DNA of 63,688 nucleotides from a virus (Duplodnaviria; Caudoviricetes): IMG/VR virus record IMGVR_UViG_3300027365_000013, positions 1 to 63,688 of that record; one strand, 5' to 3'. Shown piece by piece: positions 39,113 to 48,194 of this stretch (position 1 is its first letter; each line of letters starts with the position of its first letter). The notes under the pieces were generated by a model. It saw only the letters and a program-made list of their open reading frames with translations, ran no database searches and was not told where the DNA came from. The position numbers and the translations under genes were made by a program.

Positions 39113-41848
39113 TTAGCCCCCTTTTACTTCTACTATATCGTCACCTTCAATTAGATCACTAACAAATACCCACACCTTCTTACCATTTCGTTCAACTAAG
39201 AATCGATGTTTAGGGGTACAGTGAAGAATGCTACCATCTTCTAGTATAATTTCATCGACTGAAGTTTCACCATTATAATAGAGTCCGGTGACTGCTTCCT
39301 CTTCTCCGTTCATGTTAGTTACTGTCACACCTTCGTCTACGTCAAACCACATATCTCCACCAGATTTAATGATTTCATCATAAATAAGGCCCTGTGACTC
39401 AGCAAATTCTTTAAACGTAAGGTCACCCAAATTAGTGCGAATAACTGTATCAAACGACATACAATTCATTACTTGAGAATTACTTTCACTTGGCATAGTT
39501 GCTGAAAGCGTGGCATTGCGCACACCATATTCTTTAGCATCCTCTCGTAGTTTGTCCCAATCTAATTCAAGCTTGTTATCGACTATAGAATCTACACGCT
39601 TCTTATACGTATCAACCAGCATCACACCTTTTGAACGTTTAGTGTATTCTGATCGTTTACAAGCACCACGTTCTTTGGCCAAATCGATTGTCGCTTCTTG
39701 CATGTAATATGCCATATGCTCCATCCAAGTATGAACCAATGGCAATGATTTAGGATCGTTATATCCCACACCATTTTTAGCCAAGAAATACGCAAGATTA
39801 TTAACGCCTATGCCTAAAGGTCTAAATTCTTCCGTTGATAGCTTCGCTTGAATCATTGGATAGTCTTGCATGGACAATAAGTTATCTAATGCTCTCACAA
39901 TTCTACGAAGTGGATGTTTCATGGTTTGTGGAGAACTGAATTCACCAAGATTGGTATTGGCCAATGTACAAAGAGCAATACGTCCGTTTTCATCATCAGT
40001 ACTGTAAAATGGGCGTGTAGGCAAGGCTATTTCTTGGCATTGCGATGTTAGTATTCCATTAAACATACCCATGTTTCGTTTTTCTTCAGTAAAACAGTAA
40101 GTAGGTTCAACCCTTCCATCGTTTACTACGTCTTCAATTTTAACATGTCTTTTTGCATCCCTATTAGGTTCTCTAATATTGATACTTACACGCTTTAACT
40201 CCAAGCCCAAATTTAGCAACTCATATGTATCATACGTGCTAATAAGCAAGCGATAGCCATCCTTACACTCATACAGCGATTTCTCACCGGTACCATTATT
40301 GGTAGGTAGTTCATACTTACCAGACTCTACATATTTCTTCACTTTTGAAGATACCCCTAACGTCTGTAACATTAGTTGTAACTCTTTTAAAAATGGTTTA
40401 TTGGTTGATACTACACACAAGCCATTGTTGTGATTATAACCATCAGCGTCAATATAGCCGGAAAGCCACTTAAGCCGAGAATCGATAGTGTAGGAGGAAT
40501 CCGGTACGAAGAACTTTTCCATAATTCCTTTAGGATATCCCACAGTTCTATTATATTTCGGTTCTGAAGTCCAACGTTCTACCGATGTAAACTGATTAAC
40601 AAGTGCTTGTTTCTTATCATACAAAAACAATTTATTTCGGCCTCGTCCATAACATCCGTCGCCAGTAAAGAACCCATTATCATAAGCATGCTCTAAGTGT
40701 TTGTTGCCTTCTATCACCGGCAGGTCAAACTTTATAAGTTTATCACCACGTTTCAATTCTTGTGCTTCAACCTTTTTAACTGTCCTCCCTTCTTTAATGT
40801 AAAACTTATGATACAACGTACAATCAAGTTCATATCCACTATCTGTTGTTACTGTGACAATGTTAGAAGCTTCTGAAGTTTGCCTTACTGTCGTTTTAGA
40901 CCATTCTTCACCGTTCCATACATTCACATCTTTATCAACTAATGATGATATTACTTCATAGCCCTTATCTGTGAGAATTTTTGTGTCACCCGTAACACAC
41001 AAATTTGACTGGTGAATAGGGTCAAACTTACGATCAAACGGCGTGTGACGATTCATCTCATCAACAAAGTGTAGATAAACCCGACCTGTATTCTTACCTT
41101 CAGTTAAAAGCTTACGGAAAATTTCACCTGATGAAATCGTCTTTTTCATTTTAACGTTTACGACTTCACTTTTTTCATAAAATTCGTATAGCTCTTTAAA
41201 CTTCTTAGGATCTTCGTAGAATGAATCATACAGTCCTTCTAGATTTGGAGGAAGAAGTGTAATAGACTCACCCTTTACTAGGCGTTCTAGGAAATATCCA
41301 GAAACACCAATACTATAATCAAGGTGACGCTCACGGGTCTCTTCAGTACCCTTGTTGTTCTTTAGTACCATTAAGCTTTCTATATCAGTATGCCACAGGG
41401 GGAAATGCATAGTTGCTGAACCGCCACGTAAACCGCCTTGGCTGTTATGCGTTAGTACCATCTGAGATTCTTTATCGTCTGTGGTAAAGAAAGTATGAGT
41501 ATCTTCTACTGTAATATCTATATATGTTTCATCATTATCTTGACCAATCACAATATCACTCAAATATGTAAGACCGCTGTCGGTAATAACCACATCTTCA
41601 AAATTTAATTCCCTCGGCTTCCTCTCTTCCATTACTCCTTGGTCATTGAAGATCATTATTGGATGATTAGTGGAGCAATTTATAACAGTTCCATTAGTAA
41701 ATTCAAGACGTACTTGATCTTGTGATGGTACATAAGTGTCGAACTTATCAGTTACTTCTTTAAATACCGTTTCTTTTGTATCAGGATCATACGTCTTAAT
41801 TTTCATTCCCTTTTTGACTTCACTTATGGGTATTAATTTAGTTTTCAT
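39113..41848 (-). CDS. nrdA: NrdA fragment 2: IntC (135 aa) + extein + cis LAGLIDADG intein (320 aa) + extein + IntN (116 aa)
   Basis: VLTHN|SQGGLRGG; QSNL|CVTGDT...TSQ|CQEI; ALCTL; MPSESNSQVMN|CMSFDT...CTPKH then stop. Confidence 0.9.
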   Translation of the reverse strand: MKTKLIPISEVKKGMKIKTYDPDTKETVFKEVTDKFDTYVPSQDQVRLEFTNGTVINCSTNHPIMIFNDQGVMEERKPRELNFEDVVITDSGLTYLSDIVIGQDNDETYIDITVEDTHTFFTTDDKESQMVLTHNSQGGLRGGSATMHFPLWHTDIESLMVLKNNKGTEETRERHLDYSIGVSGYFLERLVKGESITLLPPNLEGLYDSFYEDPKKFKELYEFYEKSEVVNVKMKKTISSGEIFRKLLTEGKNTGRVYLHFVDEMNRHTPFDRKFDPIHQSNLCVTGDTKILTDKGYEVISSLVDKDVNVWNGEEWSKTTVRQTSEASNIVTVTTDSGYELDCTLYHKFYIKEGRTVKKVEAQELKRGDKLIKFDLPVIEGNKHLEHAYDNGFFTGDGCYGRGRNKLFLYDKKQALVNQFTSVERWTSEPKYNRTVGYPKGIMEKFFVPDSSYTIDSRLKWLSGYIDADGYNHNNGLCVVSTNKPFLKELQLMLQTLGVSSKVKKYVESGKYELPTNNGTGEKSLYECKDGYRLLISTYDTYELLNLGLELKRVSINIREPNRDAKRHVKIEDVVNDGRVEPTYCFTEEKRNMGMFNGILTSQCQEIALPTRPFYSTDDENGRIALCTLANTNLGEFSSPQTMKHPLRRIVRALDNLLSMQDYPMIQAKLSTEEFRPLGIGVNNLAYFLAKNGVGYNDPKSLPLVHTWMEHMAYYMQEATIDLAKERGACKRSEYTKRSKGVMLVDTYKKRVDSIVDNKLELDWDKLREDAKEYGVRNATLSATMPSESNSQVMNCMSFDTVIRTNLGDLTFKEFAESQGLIYDEIIKSGGDMWFDVDEGVTVTNMNGEEEAVTGLYYNGETSVDEIILEDGSILHCTPKHRFLVERNGKKVWVFVSDLIEGDDIVEVKGG
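40040..40999 (-). mobile_element. Contiguous intein with LAGLIDADG endonuclease and C-terminal Gln
   Basis: Block A CVTGDT, block B CTLYH, GFFTGDG and GYIDADG, end FNGILTSQ followed by Cys. Confidence 0.85.
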
Positions 41849-43280
41849 TCCAGAATTTAACTCCTTCTAATTTTTTATTGTAATCTTTTTTAAATATATA
41901 CTTACCACCATTATTAAAGAATGAGTCTTCAAACTTAGACATCGGTTCATTAATCTGGGTTGGTAAACTATATGTCCGCTTCAAGCATTTCTTAATATCT
42001 CTGTAGTTTTTAAAAACTATAGAATTTATCACATATATCTTTTTGGAATTAGCTGATACTAAGTATGGTGTCTCCTTCAAACATTTAGGTGTAGTATGTA
42101 ATTTCTCACCAGTCTTCAAATTGAATACACATACAATTCCTTTAGTGATACCAACTAATCTTGAATCTGTTTGGAAGTATTCATAATCCACTGTTTTAAC
42201 ATCACCTGTATCTATGTTACGGCATACAACTAAGCGTTCCTTATGTCCGATATACTTATCTCTATTAGCAACGAATTCTTCGTAAGGGATACGAACCTCT
42301 TCGCCACTAGAGCGTAGATAACACTTATACTTGTTTGCGAAAATTTGATTTGTATACCTATGCTTATTTTTCTTATACTCATTGATAGTAACACGAACAT
42401 TCATTTTGTCTATATTGTCGTAAACAACCACAAATCCCTTATTCGGGTGCACAAAAATTTCTTTTGATGCTGCGTACTCGTCTTTATCTACTAGTATATA
42501 ATCACCACCTGATTTATGAACCACCGCGACTTTACCATTAGTAACGCCGACAAGTTCATCATTATCATTAAATTCGGTTATTGGCACCATAGAGCATTCA
42601 CCAGTACGAATATTCAAACATGATACTCTTCCTTTAGTAATTCCTATGTACTCTTCTGATATTATGAACTTTTCTCTCGGTATTCTTTTTGTATTTCCAG
42701 ATGGAATGTGTAATGCATGGACAAATCCCTGTAATTCTTTGCGATGAAGTTTAGGATCGAAATCATCTATATGAATTTTCATAAGATTGTCGTTTAAATC
42801 ATAAACATTCATCATGGATGTACTAATATGTTTGTGTTTACCATTCTGATATTCTTCCACACTAACGCGATACGTAGTACCATTGTCATACATACACAAA
42901 ACACTTCCAGCGCCACAATTTGATCCAGATGCGTTTATTACATTATAAAAATCTGAACGTCTACTAACATCATATCTATCATGATATCTACGCTCTGCAT
43001 CAAACGCTTCCTCCTTAGTTCTAAAGTATTCAATTTTGTAACTAAAGTTTCCGGGTTGTTCAATGAGTCTCTTTTTAAAGTCTGTTACTGAAGTCGTCGT
43101 AAAATACGTGGTTAGCAACCCATGTTTATTTGTTCTATGTTTTGTCTTAACTCCCGAATAATACATACTGCACTCTTTATCAAAAATTAAATAGCAATAA
43201 TAACAGGAAGACTCAAGAGGGTTAGACTGCAACCCTCCATATGTGGTTTCAGACATAAAGTCTTTTACCTCATCATACAT
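41838..43280 (-). CDS. Free-standing GIY-YIG (Seg-like) endonuclease with C-terminal tandem repeats
   Basis: YCYLI...YYSG...FYN; repeated G[IV]TKG.V...N..TGE units; lies between nrdA fragments 1 and 2. Confidence 0.65.
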   Translation of the reverse strand: MYDEVKDFMSETTYGGLQSNPLESSCYYCYLIFDKECSMYYSGVKTKHRTNKHGLLTTYFTTTSVTDFKKRLIEQPGNFSYKIEYFRTKEEAFDAERRYHDRYDVSRRSDFYNVINASGSNCGAGSVLCMYDNGTTYRVSVEEYQNGKHKHISTSMMNVYDLNDNLMKIHIDDFDPKLHRKELQGFVHALHIPSGNTKRIPREKFIISEEYIGITKGRVSCLNIRTGECSMVPITEFNDNDELVGVTNGKVAVVHKSGGDYILVDKDEYAASKEIFVHPNKGFVVVYDNIDKMNVRVTINEYKKNKHRYTNQIFANKYKCYLRSSGEEVRIPYEEFVANRDKYIGHKERLVVCRNIDTGDVKTVDYEYFQTDSRLVGITKGIVCVFNLKTGEKLHTTPKCLKETPYLVSANSKKIYVINSIVFKNYRDIKKCLKRTYSLPTQINEPMSKFEDSFFNNGGKYIFKKDYNKKLEGVKFWNEN

Positions 43281-44242
43281 TACTCGTCTTCCTCATCGTC
43301 ATCTATAACTTCTACATACATGTCTGGACGTAGACAACAACTTTTAACAGCAGCACGTGCAGCCTTGATAAATGGTATTAGGCCAGTATGTTTAATCTCA
43401 CCATTGCGTATAGAACTTCCTTCAGGACGCAGACGACCTAGATTCAAACCAAGTCCGGCTTTCTTAGAAATATAACGCATAATACCCACATTGGTATGAC
43501 CTAAGCTGTCAAGATCATCATCGGTTTCCATCACTACACAGCTACTATATTGACGTGTAGGTGTACGCGCACCTGCTAATACTGGGGTTGGCAAACCTGT
43601 CTTAAATAGACTAATATCGTCATAGAACTCTTTGATGATTTTCAGACGTTGCTTTTTTGTAAAATGTGATTTTACAACATCATTACCATCATAATCGTAC
43701 ATATACATAGTCATTGCGATAAGCATGTACATCACCTGTGGACTTTCAAAATGTTGTCCAGTAGTACGATCTTGCGCAAGGTATTTGGTTACTAATTGTT
43801 GAGTAGCCGCATAACGGAAGTTGTAGTCACGATCATGAACAATGTAATCGCCTAGTTCATTTATCTCTTCTTCTGTAAATTCTTCCAGAAGTGTGTCGTC
43901 ATAATAGCCTAAGTCTATGTTCTTTTTAATAATATCAATAAAGGAACATGGAATAAAATCTTTATACACTTCTTTACGAATATTAAAAATTTCTAAACGA
44001 CCAGCAACTTTATCATAATTAGGAGTTTCTTCACAGATAAGATCTCGTGCTGCATTTATAAGAGTATCATGTATTTCAGTTGTATGAATACCATCATATA
44101 GATTAAGATGGGCTTTTAGCTCAATTTCAGATGCCGAGACGCCAGAAATATTTTCCACTGCCCACATGAGGACTTTATGAATTTTTTCATAATCAAGAAG
44201 TTCACTATCCCCATTACGTTTTATTACTTTAATTTCTTTCAT
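43280..44242 (-). CDS. nrdA: NrdA fragment 1: N-extein (302 aa, ATP cone) + 18-aa split intein IntN
   Basis: VIKRNG ATP cone, PTP..AG.RT..RQYSSC, ...AVKSC|CLRPDMYVEVIDDDEEDE stop; AGGAGA RBS before 44242. Confidence 0.9.
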   Translation of the reverse strand: MKEIKVIKRNGDSELLDYEKIHKVLMWAVENISGVSASEIELKAHLNLYDGIHTTEIHDTLINAARDLICEETPNYDKVAGRLEIFNIRKEVYKDFIPCSFIDIIKKNIDLGYYDDTLLEEFTEEEINELGDYIVHDRDYNFRYAATQQLVTKYLAQDRTTGQHFESPQVMYMLIAMTMYMYDYDGNDVVKSHFTKKQRLKIIKEFYDDISLFKTGLPTPVLAGARTPTRQYSSCVVMETDDDLDSLGHTNVGIMRYISKKAGLGLNLGRLRPEGSSIRNGEIKHTGLIPFIKAARAAVKSCCLRPDMYVEVIDDDEEDE

Positions 44243-44422
44243 GTTTCTCCTTATTATTTTTATTCTAATATAAAAATTAAAATGGCTTTTGTTATTTACC
44301 AACATTCAAAAACCATAAACTTGTAAGTTTAAATCCCACGATTTTCTGTATTAGTCAGTAAAATCAAGAACTTGCAGTAAATTATAACCATTTATTATTT
44401 TAAACTATCGTTCGATTAAAAA

Positions 44423-44656
44423 TTAAAATGAGTCGGGATTTGTAATACTTCTGCACCAAGCCATGACACCTTGCTGTAATTCGGTGCGTCCGATATTGAC
44501 CCATCGTTTGTCCGTATAATCAAGCTCCATAAGCTGATCATAGATTTCTTGAAGCTCATTTCCTTTAGCCTTGATTTCATTCATAAGGTCGATTTGTTCT
44601 TCAGAGAGGGTGTTGTATCCAGTAATTTTTTCGTGTTGTTGTTTTTCTTGTGACAT
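44423..44656 (-). CDS. acb2: Anti-CBASS cyclic-nucleotide sponge Acb2 (T4 Vs.4-like)
   Basis: H.KI.GY..LS.E.ID.MN..K..G...RW..IG.T..Q.G.MA..R.I..PDSF matches Acb2 along its length. Confidence 0.85.
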   Translation of the reverse strand: MSQEKQQHEKITGYNTLSEEQIDLMNEIKAKGNELQEIYDQLMELDYTDKRWVNIGRTELQQGVMAWCRSITNPDSF

Positions 44657-44711
44657 AGTAGTTCTCCATAGTTTTAATATAAGATACTATGGAAGCTTGA
44701 TTTGTCAAGGC

Positions 44712-45746
44712 TTAGTGTCGCTGATATCTTCCTCGCATGACTTCATAAGAACGATAATGGTTTTTGGGTGCAATTAACACGGAATGATAGTTACTGAAGG
44801 GTTTCAAGCCCTTCTGGGAGTCGATACGTCGTATTACATTTTTCTGAAGAGTGCTATGGTATGGCCTGATTATCTGTCCCAAGAACGGGATACCTCGGTC
44901 AGTCCCTTGAATAAAAACTTTTTTTGGGTTAAGCTTTGTGTTAATATGACGACATAGTGCCTTAATCTCTCCGACTATGCTTACAAGATAATCTTTCGAA
45001 CCAGATAGTATTATAAAGTCATCCATATAGCGGACATAATATTTAACTTTCAATGTATGTTTTATAAACTTATCTAATACATCTAGCAATAAATTTGCTA
45101 AAAGTTGACTAGTTAGATTTCCTATCGGGATACCAAACAGCGGTTTAGCATTCACTAAACGCTTACGCTTAGGGATAATCAAAAATTCGCTTATAGAAGA
45201 ATTGATTATTGGATTGTCTAATGGGTCATTAAACAACACTTCATGCAATAGTTCACTTAACCAAAATTCATGGACGTATTTATTAACAATATTGAAAATA
45301 ATATTTTTATCAATGGACATGAAAAAATTACTCAAGTCACATTTTAAAAAATACGCCTTCTCAGAAAAATTATTGGATGCTGATCGCACCATACGTTCTA
45401 GGTCGTGTACTCCCTTATGTGTACCTTTATTGGGTATACAGGCGTATGTGTGGTAAATAAGCGACGAATAAATTTGAGGTGACACTAGTCCATAAATTAG
45501 GTGGTGGACTATTCTATCTCGGAATTGCGCAGCCCATACTTCTCTAGGGCGAGGATATTTCACCACAAAACAAATACTTCTACCTATCTTATAATTTCCA
45601 GTAATCAAATCAGTATACAACTCAAAGAGATTACTTTCTAAGTTCATTTCAAATTCTAAAGAACTATACGATTTTCTTTTGGATCTTCGACAACGGTAAT
45701 ATGCCGAGACCACATCATAAAACGTTATGTCACATTTAACAGACAT
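44712..45746 (-). CDS. DGR reverse transcriptase
   Basis: FRDRIVHH, LKCD..NFF.SI, GIPIGNLTSQ (DGR SQ motif), YVRYMDD. Confidence 0.9.
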   Translation of the reverse strand: MSVKCDITFYDVVSAYYRCRRSKRKSYSSLEFEMNLESNLFELYTDLITGNYKIGRSICFVVKYPRPREVWAAQFRDRIVHHLIYGLVSPQIYSSLIYHTYACIPNKGTHKGVHDLERMVRSASNNFSEKAYFLKCDLSNFFMSIDKNIIFNIVNKYVHEFWLSELLHEVLFNDPLDNPIINSSISEFLIIPKRKRLVNAKPLFGIPIGNLTSQLLANLLLDVLDKFIKHTLKVKYYVRYMDDFIILSGSKDYLVSIVGEIKALCRHINTKLNPKKVFIQGTDRGIPFLGQIIRPYHSTLQKNVIRRIDSQKGLKPFSNYHSVLIAPKNHYRSYEVMRGRYQRH

Positions 45747-45784
45747 TAAAGTTTACTCGGTTTTAAAAAAAAACGAAATCTATT

Positions 45785-45867
45785 CTGCTCTAGACCTATA
45801 GGAATTGGTCTTGTTATTGTTGTTCTGATTTCCATTATTGAAATTCTGATTCCAAGAATTAGAAGAA
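45785..45867 (-). repeat. DGR template repeat (TR), 83 bp
   Basis: Matches VR 46607-46689 with 5 mismatches, all at TR adenines; 11 AAY codons. Confidence 0.95.
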
Positions 45868-45988
45868 CGCGTATTGCTCTTATACACACCACCATACATG
45901 AGGTTACCCGACATACATGGAAGTTGCCAAATGGCATATCCGTGAGATTTCTTAGAGACTCAGGGGAGCATACCAGTACAGATTCCAT

Positions 45989-46360
45989 TTATAATTTTTT
46001 AGACAGAAACCTAACCCATTTCTTTATTTGCGGGCCAGCAATGCCTATATTACACACTACATCGGCATAGCGCTTGTCTGATAGTATATTCAGATCTTTG
46101 GCTAAACGTAAATAGAGAGATAACTCTTCAATACGCTCTTGTAGTGAACTTACTAAGATATGTTTTCTAGTATTGTCACAACAAGCATGAGCTTTAATAA
46201 TATTCCTAACGATATCGTATGCAGTATTTCTCATATCAAAACCTATTGTATCTTTATAGTCATTCTTAATATGACGTGAAATAACATTTACCTGTTTTAA
46301 AATTTCATAGGTAATATGGTATAAGTCAGGAACATCTTTATTTTTCATGTTTTGCCTCAT
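45989..46360 (-). CDS. avd: DGR accessory variability determinant (four-helix bundle)
   Basis: 123-aa basic helical protein (YK.TIG...LRLAKDL.IL...QI..W) between target gene and TR. Confidence 0.85.
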   Translation of the reverse strand: MRQNMKNKDVPDLYHITYEILKQVNVISRHIKNDYKDTIGFDMRNTAYDIVRNIIKAHACCDNTRKHILVSSLQERIEELSLYLRLAKDLNILSDKRYADVVCNIGIAGPQIKKWVRFLSKKL

Positions 46361-46419
46361 GTGTAGTTGGTCAATCCAACTATATGTATCTTAGCAAGTT
46401 TATAACGAAATGTAAAGAA

Positions 46420-46503
46420 AAATTTGGCCTCTCAGGAGGCCAAATTTCCATAATCTCTGTTTCACTTAACGAATCAATTAAACCACCCAGAGGGTGGTTT
46501 AAT
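46420..46503. other. Two 12-bp hairpins downstream of the VR
   Basis: aaatttggcctc-tcag-gaggccaaattt (46420-46447) and attaaaccaccc-aga-gggtggtttaat (46477-46503). Confidence 0.7.
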
Positions 46504-46586
46504 ATATAACTACCATATTTCGTCAGGACGCTCACTGCGTTCAACGCCTTCCTCACAATAAAGACAAAAGCCGTCTAATCGGTCTT

Positions 46587-47285
46587 TCAGACCTCTAGCC
46601 AGCGGACTGCTCTAGACCTATAGGAATTGGTCTTGTAATTGAAGTTCTGATTTCCATTATAGAAACTCTGATTCCAAGAATTAGAAGAATTATATTCCAT
46701 CGATGTCCAATAATATGCCACCTCAAATGCTTGACTACCACCATCTTGGAACTCACTTACTCCTGTCTGACTAGGATCACTAGTACTATAACCACTACCT
46801 ACAGGATTGCTATTTGGATTAGTACCATTAACAGCATCATGTAGCGCTCTACTAGATGTGTAATTATCAGCAGTAGTGGGCTTCAGAAACCGATAACAAA
46901 TCTCTAGTTCATCGGGTGCTGGTAGGTGCCAATCATTAAACCCATTAATATCTAAGTTAGCACAATATTGTGCGGCTGGGTGATCACTCAAACCAGCCGC
47001 TACAATAGCATCCATATTGGCTTTGCCATTATAGGTGCTGTTAGCGCCACTAGTGGTCGTTTGACTAGTCTTCCATTGTATAGTTCCATTATATTCGCCT
47101 AGTTCTTTAGGGGCTATGATGATAGCGTATTCCTTCCCATCTACTAAGATATTACCGCCTGCGTAGTAGCCACCGGCACTTTCGATGAATTTGCCTGCAT
47201 CTGTTATTAGATCGGGCGTAGTGAATACTTGGTTTTCACGTATACGAATGTTCTTGAGACCTGCGTTATATATTTTGACAGCCAT
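46587..47285 (-). CDS. DGR target protein (C-type-lectin/DUF1566-like fold)
   Basis: WHLPAPDEL...YYWTS...RAVR; VR at the C-terminus; TATAAATA at 47321-47328. Confidence 0.9.
   Translation of the reverse strand: MAVKIYNAGLKNIRIRENQVFTTPDLITDAGKFIESAGGYYAGGNILVDGKEYAIIIAPKELGEYNGTIQWKTSQTTTSGANSTYNGKANMDAIVAAGLSDHPAAQYCANLDINGFNDWHLPAPDELEICYRFLKPTTADNYTSSRALHDAVNGTNPNSNPVGSGYSTSDPSQTGVSEFQDGGSQAFEVAYYWTSMEYNSSNSWNQSFYNGNQNFNYKTNSYRSRAVRWLEV
46607..46689 (-). repeat. DGR variable repeat (VR), 83 bp
   Basis: TR codons AAT/AAT/AAC/AAC read AGT/TAT/TTC/TAC in the VR. Confidence 0.95.
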
Positions 47286-47350
47286 AATTAAAAATTACTC
47301 CTATATTTTGTATATAGGAGTATTTATAGTTTTGATAAAATTCTATTTTA

Positions 47351-47827
47351 TCACTTTGCCGATTTTAGAATATCATCTGCAAAATCAGACAGTTCTTCCA
47401 TTTCGTTCCACACAGCATGATATCCAGAAGAGTGACCGTCGTCGTATGCCTTGTCAAATACGATCTTAGCCAGTTTACTATCTGGATCGTAACCCACGTT
47501 TTCACAACAGTCACGATAGAAAAGGTTCGTAAGACGACTTTGTTCTGCACGGTAAACACTCTGTGCTTCACGGAACTTTTCGTTATCGTACAGTACCACT
47601 ACGATATAATCGTCATACACAGCACTAGCTTTACCTTCAGTACGCACTTTTTGTCTTACCGTGTTACAAATTTTCAGAAGGTCTTCACCATATTCTTCAA
47701 CCAGTGATTCCCGGTTTTCAAAACTTCCAAGCTTCTCACCTTCATCGGTCATGACAGTATAACGAAAAAAATCAGTTTCTTTCGGATACTTCATGGTGTT
47801 TATATATTTGGCATCATCAAAACTCAT
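47351..47827 (-). CDS. Hypothetical protein
   Basis: C-terminal AY..GHS.G motif. Confidence 0.7.
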   Translation of the reverse strand: MSFDDAKYINTMKYPKETDFFRYTVMTDEGEKLGSFENRESLVEEYGEDLLKICNTVRQKVRTEGKASAVYDDYIVVVLYDNEKFREAQSVYRAEQSRLTNLFYRDCCENVGYDPDSKLAKIVFDKAYDDGHSSGYHAVWNEMEELSDFADDILKSAK

Positions 47828-47886
47828 AATATTTCTCCCAAATGTTTATAAGTAGTATACTTGATCTTATTCAATATTGCAAATAT

Positions 47887-48105
47887 TCACCCCACCTCAC
47901 ATGCCGATGCTGTTGCATTAGACCATCCACGATGATTGGTAGTGTTATAACAGAAACGAATATTTTTATGTTCTTTGGTTTCAACAAAGATAGTCTCTCC
48001 GTTATAACCAACAGCGGCATATTTTTTACTAGGGTAAAACTTATGCATGACAGTACCATCTTCACTGAAAAGATTAACTTCGATATTAGGTGATACATAT
48101 TCCAT
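47887..48105 (-). CDS. Small hypothetical protein
   Basis: AGGAG RBS. Confidence 0.5.
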   Translation of the reverse strand: MEYVSPNIEVNLFSEDGTVMHKFYPSKKYAAVGYNGETIFVETKEHKNIRFCYNTTNHRGWSNATASACEVG

Positions 48106-48194
48106 AACAGTCTCCTATCAATTTAATACTATTATATACCTTCAAAAATCTGATTGCAACAGTTTCTATAAATATTCTTATACAAGGATATTCT

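Noticed and set aside
44712-45746. RT as a retron or group II intron maturase
   Set aside because: The SQ motif, adjacent avd and an adenine-specific TR/VR pair identify a DGR; there is no maturase domain.
45746-45988. 80-aa ORF between avd and RT
   Set aside because: It spans the DGR template repeat and spacer and is better explained as non-coding TR RNA.
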